DNA of 64,000 nucleotides, from the NCBI GenBank assembly GCA_965248925.1, contig CBDFLE010000005.1:1440001-1504000 (forward strand), read 5' to 3'. Within the stretch, counting starts at the first letter, position 1. Every line of letters begins with the position of its first letter. The position numbers were made by a program, and so were the translations under genes. The notes beneath the pieces are model-generated. The model ran no database searches. It saw only the letters and a program-made list of their open reading frames with translations, and had not been told where the DNA came from. Source of the stretch: Candidatus Multivoradales bacterium (GTDB lineage Bacteria; Acidobacteriota; Thermoanaerobaculia; Multivoradales; J023). Below, piece by piece: positions 28,321 to 38,681 of this stretch.

Positions 28321-29748
28321 CTAGCGGACACCTTCGAGATCGTAGGCGAGCTCGACCCCTGGGCTGGCCACGGGTCCCACCACCCGGCCGATCACATCGT
28401 CAGCATAGGCTTCGGTAATTTCGATCTCGGCAAAGCTGCCGGCGGGCGCCATGCCGTCGTTGATCAACACCCGACCGTCGATCTCCGGCGCCAGACCATG
28501 GTGCCGGCCCTGCAAAAGATGCTCGGTTTCCTCGCAGACCCCTTCGACCAGCACCTGCAGACGCCGTCCGACCAAGGCTTGGCGACGCTGCAGGGAGATC
28601 GGCCGCTGACTCTCCAGCAGCCTCTGCCAGCGCCGCTGCGCCTTGCCAGCAGGAATCCGCCCAGCGAACTCGGCCGAGGGCGTGCCATCTTCCGGGCTGT
28701 AGACAAAGGCCCCCAGGTGGTCGAGTTGGGCCCGTTCGACAAAATCGAGCAGGTGTTGAAAATGGGCGTCTGTCTCGCCCGGAAAACCAACGATGAAGGT
28801 GCTGCGCAGGAAGATGTCCGGCGCCAACTCCCGAGCCCGCTCGAGCTGGCGCAAGTAGCGCTCGGCGCGGCCACCACGGCGCATCGACTTCAGCATCTGC
28901 GGATGGCTGTGCTGCAATGGCATGTCGATGTAGGAGCAGAAGCGCGGTTCCTGGCCCATCAAGCGCAGCAAGCCCTCATCGAGGGTTGTGGGATAGGCAT
29001 ACAGGAAACGGATCCAGGGAAGCTCGGTGGCGGCCAGTAGAGCCTCCACCAGGCGCAGTAGACCATGCTTGCCATAGCCCAGATCCTCACCATAGCGGGT
29101 GGTGTCCTGGGCGATCAGGCAAAGTTCCTGCAAGCCACCGGCGGCAAGCTGCTGCGCTTCTTCGACCAGGCTAGGGATAGTGCGACTGCGGAAACGGCCG
29201 CGCCAGCTGGGAATAGCGCAGAAAGTGCAGGGGTTATTGCAGCCCTCGGCGACTTTCAAATAGCCGTAGCCCTGGGTGGTCAGCAGCCGCGGGGCGGCGT
29301 GGTCGAACACCAGGTGAGCGGGCGACGGCGCTGGCGCGGCGCCAGCGCCCAATTGCACCAGTCCACCGCCGCTGGTGGGCGCGGCTTCGACTCGTGCACC
29401 GATCTGATCGAGATCGTCAAGACCGATGAAACCATCGATCTCAGGGATCTCGCTACTCATCTCGAGACCGTATTTGTTGACCATGCAGCCAGCGACCAAC
29501 AAGCGGTTGACCCCGGCCCCTTTTTTCGCCGCCACTTCGAGAATGGTGTCGATCGACTCTTCTTTGGCCTGATCGATGAAGCCGCAGGTGTTGACGATCA
29601 CGGTCTCGGCTTGGTCGAGGTCGGTCACCACCTGATGACCGCGCCGAGCCAGCTCGCCGAGCATGATTTCGCTGTCGACCCGGTTCTTCGGGCAACCCAG
29701 GCTGATTAATCCGACCCGCTGTGGGTGTTGCTTGGCTTCACGGCTCAT
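28321..29748 (-). CDS. rimO: Ribosomal protein S12 methylthiotransferase
   Basis: SLGCPKNRVDSE, NTCGFI, EGCNNPCTFC radical SAM motif, APEIDG TRAM domain. Confidence 0.95.
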   Translation of the reverse strand: MSREAKQHPQRVGLISLGCPKNRVDSEIMLGELARRGHQVVTDLDQAETVIVNTCGFIDQAKEESIDTILEVAAKKGAGVNRLLVAGCMVNKYGLEMSSEIPEIDGFIGLDDLDQIGARVEAAPTSGGGLVQLGAGAAPAPSPAHLVFDHAAPRLLTTQGYGYLKVAEGCNNPCTFCAIPSWRGRFRSRTIPSLVEEAQQLAAGGLQELCLIAQDTTRYGEDLGYGKHGLLRLVEALLAATELPWIRFLYAYPTTLDEGLLRLMGQEPRFCSYIDMPLQHSHPQMLKSMRRGGRAERYLRQLERARELAPDIFLRSTFIVGFPGETDAHFQHLLDFVERAQLDHLGAFVYSPEDGTPSAEFAGRIPAGKAQRRWQRLLESQRPISLQRRQALVGRRLQVLVEGVCEETEHLLQGRHHGLAPEIDGRVLINDGMAPAGSFAEIEITEAYADDVIGRVVGPVASPGVELAYDLEGVR

Positions 29749-29882
29749 CGGCGCGGGAGCATAGCAGAGAAGCTGCTGGCGGCAGCTGTGGCTATAATAT
29801 GTCTCGGCTTGCCGCCGTACCCAAAAACCGTTAACCACCAGCGCTCACAGCTACCCCGGACCACATCCTCCACGAGGTAATA

Positions 29883-31817
29883 ATGAACTCGAATATCTGC
29901 CCTGAAGTCCTACCCCGCAGCATCTTGCGGGCCGGCAAAACCCTGCTCGTCACCGGCACGTTGCTGACGCTGGCGTGCTCTTCTTGCGACGCCCCTGACC
30001 AGGAGTCGACCCAGGCGATGAAACCTTCGAGTTCCAGCCGCGATCCCCATTCCTTCGCCCGTCCCGACGAGGTCTCTATCCGCCACCTTAACCTCGACCT
30101 GACGGTCGACTTCGAGCTGCGTCGACTGCACGGCCGAGCTTCGTTGGAGTTCGATCGCCAGGGTGACGCCAACCAACTGCACCTCGACAGCCGGGGCCTG
30201 GAGATCACTGCCATCGAACTCGACGACGGCAGCGCCGCCAAATTCGAACTCGGCAGCGAGCAACCCTGGTTGGGCCAGGAGCTGATCATCGAACTCAAAG
30301 CGGCCACCACCAGTGTGCATATCGACTACGCTTCCAGCCCCGGCGCCGAGGCACTGCTGTGGATGCAGCCCGAACAAACCGCTGGCGGTCGCCATCCCTT
30401 CCTCTTCAGCCAGTCTCAAGCCATCCTGGCACGCACCTGGGTGCCCTGCCAGGACAGCCCCGCGGTGCGCATGACCTACGACGCCACGTTGCGGGTGCCG
30501 GCAGGTCTCCTGGCCTTGATGAGTGCCGAGAACCCGACCGAGAAGAGCGCCGACGGGGTCTACAACTTTCAGATGCGCCAGCCGGTGCCTTCCTACCTGC
30601 TGGCGCTGGCGGTGGGCGACCTGGAATTCCGCTCGATGGGAGCGCGCACCGGGGTCTATGCCGAGGCTGAGCTGATCGACGCCGCGGCCTGGGAGTTCGC
30701 TGAAACCGAGGCGATGATGGAGGCGGTTGAACCGCTCTACGGTCCCTATCGCTGGCAACGCTATGACTTGTTGGTGCTACCCACCAGCTTCCCCTTCGGC
30801 GGCATGGAGAATCCTCGCCTGACCTTCCTCACTCCGACGGTGATCGCCGGCGACCGCTCGCTAGTGTCGTTGGTGGCGCACGAGCTGGCGCACTCCTGGT
30901 CGGGCAATCTGGTGACCAACGCCAATTGGAATGATTTCTGGCTCAACGAAGGCTTCACCGTCTATCTTGAACGGCGCATCATGGAAGAACTCGAAGGTCG
31001 CGAATACTCCGAAATGCTCGCCCTGCTCGGCCAGCAAGATCTCGAACAGACCTTCGCCGAGTTGGGAGCCGGCAGCCCCGACTCGCATTTGCGCCTCGAT
31101 CTGGCGGGCCGCAACGCCGACGACGGCATGACCGACGTCGCCTATGAGAAGGGCTATTTCCTGCTACGCACCCTCGAAGAAGCGGTCGGTCGCTCGCGCT
31201 TTGACGCCTTCTTGCGCGACTATTTCGCCGCCAACGCTTTTCACTCGCTGACCACCGACGGCTTTGTCGAGCAGCTCAACGACCAGCTGCTGCGGGACCC
31301 ACAGCTCGCCGCGCAGCTCGATTTGGCGGCCTGGATCGACGGTCCTGGCCTACCGCCATCCGCCTCGCTGCCCACCTCGGAACGCTTCGCCGCGGTCGAC
31401 ACCCAGCTGGTCGCCTGGAGCGCGGGTACCCTAGCCGACCAACTTCTCACCGCCGGTTGGACCACCCACGAGTGGCTGCACTTCCTGCGCAGCTTGCCGC
31501 AGCAGGCGCATCAGCGCGCCGCCGAGCTCGATCAGGCCTTTGGCTTCACCGCCTCAGGCAACTCTGAGATCCTCTGCGCCTGGCTGCTGCACACCATCGA
31601 CCAGGGCTATGAGCCGGCCTATCCGGCACTGGAGCACTTTCTCACTAGCATCGGCCGGCGAAAGTTCCTGCAACCGCTCTACGAAAGCCTGGCCAAGTCC
31701 GAGTCCGGCATGGAACGGGCCCGCCAGATCTACCAGCTGGCCCGACCGAGCTATCACTCGGTCTCGACCGGCACCATCGACGAGATCCTGGAGTGGAATA
31801 CAGAGGGCACGGACTAG
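29883..31817 (+). CDS. M1-family aminopeptidase (leukotriene A4 hydrolase-like), probably exported
   Basis: GGMEN, HELAHSW..WLNEG, YEKG; hydrophobic N-terminus with LAC. Confidence 0.93.
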   Translation: MNSNICPEVLPRSILRAGKTLLVTGTLLTLACSSCDAPDQESTQAMKPSSSSRDPHSFARPDEVSIRHLNLDLTVDFELRRLHGRASLEFDRQGDANQLHLDSRGLEITAIELDDGSAAKFELGSEQPWLGQELIIELKAATTSVHIDYASSPGAEALLWMQPEQTAGGRHPFLFSQSQAILARTWVPCQDSPAVRMTYDATLRVPAGLLALMSAENPTEKSADGVYNFQMRQPVPSYLLALAVGDLEFRSMGARTGVYAEAELIDAAAWEFAETEAMMEAVEPLYGPYRWQRYDLLVLPTSFPFGGMENPRLTFLTPTVIAGDRSLVSLVAHELAHSWSGNLVTNANWNDFWLNEGFTVYLERRIMEELEGREYSEMLALLGQQDLEQTFAELGAGSPDSHLRLDLAGRNADDGMTDVAYEKGYFLLRTLEEAVGRSRFDAFLRDYFAANAFHSLTTDGFVEQLNDQLLRDPQLAAQLDLAAWIDGPGLPPSASLPTSERFAAVDTQLVAWSAGTLADQLLTAGWTTHEWLHFLRSLPQQAHQRAAELDQAFGFTASGNSEILCAWLLHTIDQGYEPAYPALEHFLTSIGRRKFLQPLYESLAKSESGMERARQIYQLARPSYHSVSTGTIDEILEWNTEGTD

Positions 31818-31849
31818 TTCTTTCCGCGCGGGCGTTTTTCGCGCCGGCC

Positions 31850-32731
31850 CTAGTCTTTGAGCACCAAGGCGGCGCCGGTAATCACCAGCAGGACGCCCAG
31901 CACCAAGCGCAAGGTCAGAGGCTCGTCGAGCATCAGCGTACCGATGGCGACGGCGAGCAAGGGCGTCAGGTAGACGATCAGGCTGATCTGCAACAACGAG
32001 ACATGAGCCAGCAGCCAGAAGTAGAGGCCGAAGGCCAGCGCTGAGCCCATGACTCCGAGATAGATCACCGCCAGCACCGATCCGAGCGATGGATCGAGCG
32101 GCCGACCGCCCTCCAGCACCAGCGCCGCGCAGCCAATCCCGAGCCCGGCGCCGAACATCGGCACGGCGATAATCGCCAAGGGGTGCAGTCCCTTGCCCCA
32201 ACGCTTGAGCAACACCTGCGCCAACGCCGCCGCGGCTGGCGCTAACAGCAAGACCGCGGCAGCCACGGCCACCTGCGAATCGCCGAAATTACCGAGGTCG
32301 TCCGAGAAAACCAGCCCGATGCCGCCAAAGCCCACCAGCACTCCCGCCAACCCCCAACCACCGGCTCCCTCGCCAGGCGACAACCAAGCGGCGAAGAGCA
32401 CCACGAAGAGAGGCATGGTCGAAAACAGCACGCTGGTCAGCCCCGAAGGAACCCACTGCTGTGCCCAATAGACCACCACATAGGACACTCCGAAGCCGAG
32501 TACGCCCTGAGCCAACCACAGCCGGCGCTCGTAGCGACCGCGCCCGAGCTTGACCCCTCGGAACCGGGCCAGGACCAAGAGCAGCAGGCCACCCAAGACA
32601 AAGCGCAGGGCCAGACCGGTCAGCGGCGGAAACCCTTGCAGGCTGATCTTCACCGCCGCCCAGGTGGTCCCCCAGATCAAGGTTAGCAATGCGCCGGTGA
32701 GCAGCAGGTAGAGGCGGCGGGGCTTCAGCAT
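31850..32731 (-). CDS. EamA/DMT family transporter
   Basis: IWGTTW, two EamA repeats, ~10 TM. Confidence 0.92.
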   Translation of the reverse strand: MLKPRRLYLLLTGALLTLIWGTTWAAVKISLQGFPPLTGLALRFVLGGLLLLVLARFRGVKLGRGRYERRLWLAQGVLGFGVSYVVVYWAQQWVPSGLTSVLFSTMPLFVVLFAAWLSPGEGAGGWGLAGVLVGFGGIGLVFSDDLGNFGDSQVAVAAAVLLLAPAAAALAQVLLKRWGKGLHPLAIIAVPMFGAGLGIGCAALVLEGGRPLDPSLGSVLAVIYLGVMGSALAFGLYFWLLAHVSLLQISLIVYLTPLLAVAIGTLMLDEPLTLRLVLGVLLVITGAALVLKD

Positions 32732-32880
32732 AGATCTCGGCGCCCGAGCTGGGCGATCGGTAAGGGGTCAGGATTGGAGATGGCGCATCATAGCCCACCT
32801 TCTCGACCGTGCTGAGTCTCGGCAAGTGCTAGACTCAGCACGGCTCAGAGCCTCTCCGACAACCGATCAGACTCCCATTC

Positions 32881-34599
32881 ATGCCTGAAGCTAGCCCACC
32901 CGCCGACGACTTCAACCCGGCGATGGGATTGGAGATACCGTCCCTGGCCGAGGCCGGTTTCGAGGAACTGCGCGAGCGCCGAGCGCCGGGATTGCTGCGC
33001 CGTCTCTTATCCACCCAGCGACAATTCATCGGACTTGCCCTGGGCGGTTGGGTGGATTGGGTGCGCACGCGCCGCGGCACTGAGCGGCGAGGCCTGCGTT
33101 TTCGCTTGTTACAAGGAGGGTCGTGGCTGGTCTATCCGCTGTTGAAACGGTCGCTGCGGCGAGAGAGTTTTCCAGTCCAGCTGCGCCGCCGTTGCGAAAT
33201 CCTCGGCCCAAGCTACATCAAACTCGGCCAGGTGCTCAGCCTGCGCCAAGACCTGCTGCCGCGAGCGATCACCGAAGAACTCAAGAACCTACTCGATCGA
33301 TTGCCGGCAGTTCCCTATCTGCGATTCCTCGAGCTGATCGCCGAGGATCTCGGACAGCCGGTGCACGAAATGTTCTCCTGGGTCGACCCACGGCCCACCG
33401 GCTCGGCTTCGATCGCCCAAAGCCACCGGGCGACGACCCTCGAGGGCGACGCGGTGATCCTCAAAGTGGTCAAGCCGGGAATTCGCAGCATGTTGGCGGT
33501 CGACTCTAGACTACTAGGCATGTTCAGCCGCTTGCTGCAACTGTTTTGGGCCCGCTACCAACCACGCCGGGTGGCGCAAGAATTCATTGACTACACCCTG
33601 CGCGAGGTCGACCTGAAGCGCGAGGCCGACAACGCCGAGACCTTCGCCGCCAACTTCGCCGACACCCCCAGCGTGGTGTTTCCGCGGATCTACCGCCGCT
33701 ACAGCGGCAACAGCGTGCTGTGCATGGAGTTCTTCGACGGCGTGCGGCCAGACTCCGAGGCCGCCACCGCCCTCGGCGACCAGACCAAGGATCAGGTGAT
33801 CGATACCGGAGTAGGGGTGATCATCAAGATGCTCTACCGCGACGGCTTTTTTCACGCCGATCTGCATCCCGGCAACCTGCTGCTGCTGGATGAAGGCAAG
33901 AAGACCGGGTTTATTGACCTCGGCATGGTCGGCCGTCTGGAAGAGGACACCCGCCGCACCCTGCTCTACTACTACTACTGCCTGGTCACTGGCGACGCGG
34001 CCAACGCGGCACGTTATCTGAGCGCGGTGGCCAGCGACTCCCCCGGCGCCGATCGCGGCGGTTTTCGCCGCGCCGTCGAAGAGGTCAGCCGGCGCTGGGC
34101 GCGACACGCCAACTTCGAGGATTTTTCGTTCGCCCAGTTGATCCTCGAATCGGTCACCCTGGCTGGCCGCTACCGCCTTTACTTCCCGGTCGAGCTGGTG
34201 TTAATGACCAAGGCGCTAGTGACCTTCGAAGGGGTCGGCCAGATGCTCAAACCCGGCTTCGATATCGCCGCCGTTTCACAGCGCCATGTGACCCAGTTGT
34301 TCCTGCATCAGTTCAATCCCCTGCGGCTGGCCAAAGAAAGCCTGCGCGGCGCCCCCGAGCTGATCGACGCCGTGGTCAAGGGACCGATGCTGATCACTGA
34401 GGGCCTGCGCTTGCTGGAGAAAGCCGCCCGCCAGCCCTCGCGCAGTCCGCTGAGCGGTGTTCGCGGCACCCTTTTCGGCGGTTTCTGCATGGTGGCGGCG
34501 GCTATCCTGCTGGTTGGCGACCACGGCGACCGGCTGTGGCCGCTGGCCGCCGTGCTGCTAGTCGCCGGCCTGCTGGCGGCGTTTGGCAACCGCGAGTGA
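32881..34599 (+). CDS. AarF/ABC1/UbiB-family atypical kinase
   Basis: LGPSYIKLGQ, SASIAQ, FFHADLHPGN, IDLGMVG, C-terminal TM. Confidence 0.93.
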   Translation: MPEASPPADDFNPAMGLEIPSLAEAGFEELRERRAPGLLRRLLSTQRQFIGLALGGWVDWVRTRRGTERRGLRFRLLQGGSWLVYPLLKRSLRRESFPVQLRRRCEILGPSYIKLGQVLSLRQDLLPRAITEELKNLLDRLPAVPYLRFLELIAEDLGQPVHEMFSWVDPRPTGSASIAQSHRATTLEGDAVILKVVKPGIRSMLAVDSRLLGMFSRLLQLFWARYQPRRVAQEFIDYTLREVDLKREADNAETFAANFADTPSVVFPRIYRRYSGNSVLCMEFFDGVRPDSEAATALGDQTKDQVIDTGVGVIIKMLYRDGFFHADLHPGNLLLLDEGKKTGFIDLGMVGRLEEDTRRTLLYYYYCLVTGDAANAARYLSAVASDSPGADRGGFRRAVEEVSRRWARHANFEDFSFAQLILESVTLAGRYRLYFPVELVLMTKALVTFEGVGQMLKPGFDIAAVSQRHVTQLFLHQFNPLRLAKESLRGAPELIDAVVKGPMLITEGLRLLEKAARQPSRSPLSGVRGTLFGGFCMVAAAILLVGDHGDRLWPLAAVLLVAGLLAAFGNRE

Positions 34600-34631
34600 G
34601 TGAGTGGCTGATGCCATGTTGCTCAGACTCG

Positions 34632-37235
34632 CTACCGTCGGGGTCGACCAAACCAACGGTGGCGGGCCAGCAGCCCACCGAGCACCCCCAGCAAAAGCAG
34701 TCCAGCGGCCGAGATCAACCAGCGGCCCGGCGGGTCGACACCCCCTGGCACCGGCACCAGATCGCCATTACCGAACACCACCACGTTGGCCCAGGTCGAT
34801 TCCGGCTCGCCCCTCGCCGCCCAACGGCGCTGGGTGGCGGCCAATGCCTGGCTCAGGCTGAGCCCGCGGCTCAGCTGAGCGTAGAAGCCGTCGAAGAAAA
34901 GCCTGCCCTGCTTGTCAGGCAACGGCCGCAGGGTGCCGACCACCGCTTGCGCACCGGCGGCGAAGAAGGCCCGGGCGAGGCTCATCACCCCTGCGCCTCG
35001 CAGCCACCGACCGGCGGCGCTGTTGCAGACTGAGAGCACCACCACCTTCCCTTCGAGGTCGAGTTCGGCGATCTCATCGAGGTGCAATTGGCCGTCCTCA
35101 GCAGCACCCCGAGCCAGCTGCACCCGAGAGCGCTGGGGATCATCGTCAGCAACCGCGTGGGTGGCAAAATGCAACATGCTGAAGGGGCTGAGATCGGTGG
35201 TCTTCAGCGCATCCTCGGTGGCCGCGGCACCCGAGATCAAGCGACTGGTACCGGGCAAGTGGCGGACGATCGCCCGGCCTTCTCGGTAAGCGTGTGGCAA
35301 GGGCCCAAGCCCCACCCCACTCCCGCCCGAGCGCTGCTCGGCCACCGCTGAGCCCAGAGCTGCTAGCGGATCGGCAAAGGCCAGCACCGAGGCCAGATCG
35401 ACGCTTTGCTCGGCACCTTGCCAATGCAGCCATAGCTCCGCCGAGGGAACGATCGAGATCGAATAGCGCTCGGCCAAGGTCAGCCCGCCCTCCGCGGTCC
35501 GCAGGGCGGCGAAGGGCAGCAGATGCAGAACCCCATCGGGAATGATCAACAAGCGCTCGATGGTTGCCGGCAGCTGATCGAGGGCGTCGCCGAGCAAGCT
35601 GGCGTGAAGATTGGCCCAGGTGGCAGCGGACCACTCCCCCTCGGTCCGCTTGCCTAACTTCTCGACAGCGCCTTCGAGATCGGCGCGATCGACGCTGAGC
35701 CGCACCGAGCGAACCTGCCGACGGGTCGCCACCAGCAGCCAGGAGCCACCGAGAAACTGCCCACCAAGATCCTCTTCGAGCCCAATCTGAAACGACAGCA
35801 TCGCCTGGTTCTTTGCCAGTCCGGCGCTGACCTGATCGAGCAGATCGGCCGCCGGCAGGGCGAGCAGCGGGGCATTCTCGGGATCACCCAGGAGCAAGAT
35901 CTCACGCAGGTGCTGCGCACGGAGACGCTCGATGACGGCAAAGGCACGGCGCGGGTCAGCTTCGGTTGGGTCCTGCAGCAGCCAACCGGCAACAACATAG
36001 TAGGGGTCAGACCAGGCGTGGAGCAGCTCCTCCCGGGCCAGTCCTGTCTGGCTGCTACGGATGGCCTCGAGGGCATCGAGAACCGCGCCACCGGCTTCCA
36101 GGGCGGCGGCCAAAGAACGACTCTGGCGGAGGATCTCGAGCCGCTCCGGCCAGCCGTCGATCAGACTCCAGGGATCTTCGCTGAGCGGCGGCTCGGTGGT
36201 GATCTGGTCTAGCAACCATGAGGCCTGGCGCGGATCGTCTCGCAGCCACCAGCGAGCCTCGGCTAGGCGGCAGCTTCGATCCAGCCGCTGATCGCCGAGC
36301 TCGCCAGCCAGCTGCAGACAGCGCTGCAGATGGACGATCGCGCCACTGCCTCCCTGCAACCGGGCCAGCGAGCGGCGGGCGGTCGCCTCAGCCTCCTTGT
36401 AGTCCAGCTCTTCGAGCACCGCGCTCAACTGCTCTAGCTCGGCGATCAGAAACCGGCGATTGCCGGCGCTCGGAGGCTTGAAGCGGAGCTGCAAGATCAG
36501 CTTGTTCAGATCGGCTCGGGCTTGATCTCGACGGCTGCGGATGAATTCGCCAAGCTGCCCCTCGAGGCTCCGAGCCTCCTCCTCCCGACCGCGCCGGTTG
36601 CAGGCCTCGAGGAGGATCTCCAGACACCGCTGACGGGTCTTGAAGATGCGCGAACGATGGTCGAATGCCGGCGCCTGGACCTCGCTGCAGATCCCCCGCA
36701 AGGCGTCGGTGGCGGCCGCCAGCTCACCCGTCCCCGAGTAGACCTCGATCTGTAGCCGGCCCGCGGCCACACGCAGCAGGCTGAGCCGATCACCGCTCTG
36801 CGAAGCCGCCTCGTCGGCCTTGTACAGGGCCTCTTCCCAGAGCGGATCCTGGCACCGCCTGAGCACCAAGGCGAGGGCGGACCAGGCCCGGCTGGCATTG
36901 GCCAGCTCCGCGCGGTCGGCGAAGAGCTCCGCGGCTCGGTCGTAGGCGGCCGCCGTCGGCGCACCGCACAGCTGATTGATCAGCCGCAGCTCGCCGAGGT
37001 AGTAGTGCCGCCAGGGAGCCACCGGCAGCACCTCGGCCTGCTGCTCGAGGAGCGCAATGGCCCTGGGCCGATCGCCGATCACATCCGCGGTTTCCAAGAA
37101 GCACCTGGCAGCCGACTCAGCGTCGGGCTGGTCGGCCAGCTGCTCAGCACAAGCTTCATAGGGATCTTGGTCAGCGGCGGCAGCCGGCAGGGTCGCTAGC
37201 AGCAGCAGACCGACCCATCCACGCGAAGCTCTCAT
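34632..37235 (-). CDS. Exported, membrane-anchored CHAT (caspase-like) protease with TPR-like N-terminus
   Basis: Signal peptide; IIPDGVLHLLPF, HFATHA (His), VLSVCNS (Cys), WANVV; C-terminal TM. Confidence 0.9.
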   Translation of the reverse strand: MRASRGWVGLLLLATLPAAAADQDPYEACAEQLADQPDAESAARCFLETADVIGDRPRAIALLEQQAEVLPVAPWRHYYLGELRLINQLCGAPTAAAYDRAAELFADRAELANASRAWSALALVLRRCQDPLWEEALYKADEAASQSGDRLSLLRVAAGRLQIEVYSGTGELAAATDALRGICSEVQAPAFDHRSRIFKTRQRCLEILLEACNRRGREEEARSLEGQLGEFIRSRRDQARADLNKLILQLRFKPPSAGNRRFLIAELEQLSAVLEELDYKEAEATARRSLARLQGGSGAIVHLQRCLQLAGELGDQRLDRSCRLAEARWWLRDDPRQASWLLDQITTEPPLSEDPWSLIDGWPERLEILRQSRSLAAALEAGGAVLDALEAIRSSQTGLAREELLHAWSDPYYVVAGWLLQDPTEADPRRAFAVIERLRAQHLREILLLGDPENAPLLALPAADLLDQVSAGLAKNQAMLSFQIGLEEDLGGQFLGGSWLLVATRRQVRSVRLSVDRADLEGAVEKLGKRTEGEWSAATWANLHASLLGDALDQLPATIERLLIIPDGVLHLLPFAALRTAEGGLTLAERYSISIVPSAELWLHWQGAEQSVDLASVLAFADPLAALGSAVAEQRSGGSGVGLGPLPHAYREGRAIVRHLPGTSRLISGAAATEDALKTTDLSPFSMLHFATHAVADDDPQRSRVQLARGAAEDGQLHLDEIAELDLEGKVVVLSVCNSAAGRWLRGAGVMSLARAFFAAGAQAVVGTLRPLPDKQGRLFFDGFYAQLSRGLSLSQALAATQRRWAARGEPESTWANVVVFGNGDLVPVPGGVDPPGRWLISAAGLLLLGVLGGLLARHRWFGRPRR

Positions 37236-37867
37236 TCCAGGGTCCGGATGAAGGTCCTACTGGCCAGCCGATTGCCGTCCTGGCGGTAGGCGGTGAGGAA
37301 GATCGCCAGCTCGGTACCCGCCGGCAGGCCTTCGAGATCCTGGGGCAGCACCCCGTACTCGCGATCGGTCAAGTAGGGCTCCTCGATGGTGGTGGTCATC
37401 AGCTGCGCCTCCGGGCCGATTTCTAGAGCGAAGAACTCTGCTTCCTCGGCCCCTTGCCAGCGAATGACCCAACCCTGGCGCGGCACCGTCGGGCCGCCGA
37501 GCAGCTCGAGCCCGTCGGCGGGCGCGCGCAGAACCTCGGGCGCTGGAGTGCGATCTAGAATCGATAGGCCGAGGGCCAGGGGCAAGAGGGCCGCCACCGC
37601 CAGCAGCGGCTTCCACCAACCCCCGGCGCTCGACCGCCGCCGCCCGGCGTCGTCGTCGATCTCCACCGCCAGTCGCCAAGCCTCGGTACACGAGGGGCAA
37701 CCGGCGATGTGCTCGATCAGCCAGCGCTGCTCGGCACTCGCTAGCTGGTCGCGAACACCTTCCCAGATCACCGCTGGTGGCGGGCAATCGGCGGTCGGCG
37801 CGTCATCTCGCGAGGTAGCGTTGAAGCCCCGGCGCAGGATAGAGAGACTCTGTTGCTGATCGCTCAC
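37232..37867 (-). CDS. Zinc-finger (zf-HC2) transmembrane anti-sigma-like protein
   Basis: HIAGCPSC (HxxxCxxC), single TM, extracytoplasmic domain; GTG overlaps the sigma stop. Confidence 0.8.
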   Translation of the reverse strand: MSDQQQSLSILRRGFNATSRDDAPTADCPPPAVIWEGVRDQLASAEQRWLIEHIAGCPSCTEAWRLAVEIDDDAGRRRSSAGGWWKPLLAVAALLPLALGLSILDRTPAPEVLRAPADGLELLGGPTVPRQGWVIRWQGAEEAEFFALEIGPEAQLMTTTIEEPYLTDREYGVLPQDLEGLPAGTELAIFLTAYRQDGNRLASRTFIRTLE

Positions 37868-38445
37868 GCTTCGATCCCCTTGGTTCGCAGACAACGACGA
37901 AGGTCTTGCAGGCCGCGATAGATCAGGTTCTCGGCCTGCTTGCGCCGCCATCCCATCCGGCTGGCGATCTGCCGCACTTTATAATCGCTGACCAAACGCA
38001 GGATCACCGCCGAGCGCCGCGAAGCAGCGATGCCCTGCAAGCAATCTCGAATCTCTCGGCCGAGTTCGGACGACAAGCTGGAGCGCTCCGGATCGGCCGC
38101 GCCCTCGATCAGCTCAATCTGGTCTTCGACAGTCTCGAGCGGTACCTCACCGCGGCTGCGCAAACGACGAATCTCATCGACCAAGGCGGTGTAAGCCGCT
38201 CGGCGCAGATAGGACGCCGGGAAGGGGCGATCCGGTTCTCGCCGGGCGGCTTGTCGCAACACCGCCATCATCGCGGTTTGAACCAGATCGTCTTGCTGCG
38301 CCCGCAGCCAGGCCGGGCAGATATTCCCCACCGCCCGCTCCAACTTGGCCCGCAAAACAGCATGCTGGTCCGCCCTAGGAGGCTTCTTGGAGCCGGAGCC
38401 AGCGACCTGTGCCGGGGTAAGGAATAACGCTCTTGGATCAGCCAT
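37864..38445 (-). CDS. ECF sigma factor
   Basis: DDLVQTAM, YLRRAAYTALVDEIRR, NLIYRGLQDLR; start could be 38469. Confidence 0.9.
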   Translation of the reverse strand: MADPRALFLTPAQVAGSGSKKPPRADQHAVLRAKLERAVGNICPAWLRAQQDDLVQTAMMAVLRQAARREPDRPFPASYLRRAAYTALVDEIRRLRSRGEVPLETVEDQIELIEGAADPERSSLSSELGREIRDCLQGIAASRRSAVILRLVSDYKVRQIASRMGWRRKQAENLIYRGLQDLRRCLRTKGIEA

Positions 38446-38681
38446 GGTTAGATCGAAAACTTTTCCCATAATCCTACACCAGTCCTCACCAAATCGTCGA
38501 TTGGAAGTCACCCACCCTGCTCTCGAGAACCAGGACGGAGGGCGACCGGCTTTTCCCTCAGCCAAGATCATCTTTCGCCCTCCTCATTCTCGAGTGAGGT
38601 AATAGGCAAAGTGATTCCGTCCTAGCTGTGGGGAGAGAACTCACAATCGAATTTTTCTGTGGCCTAGCGAAGGAGACAACC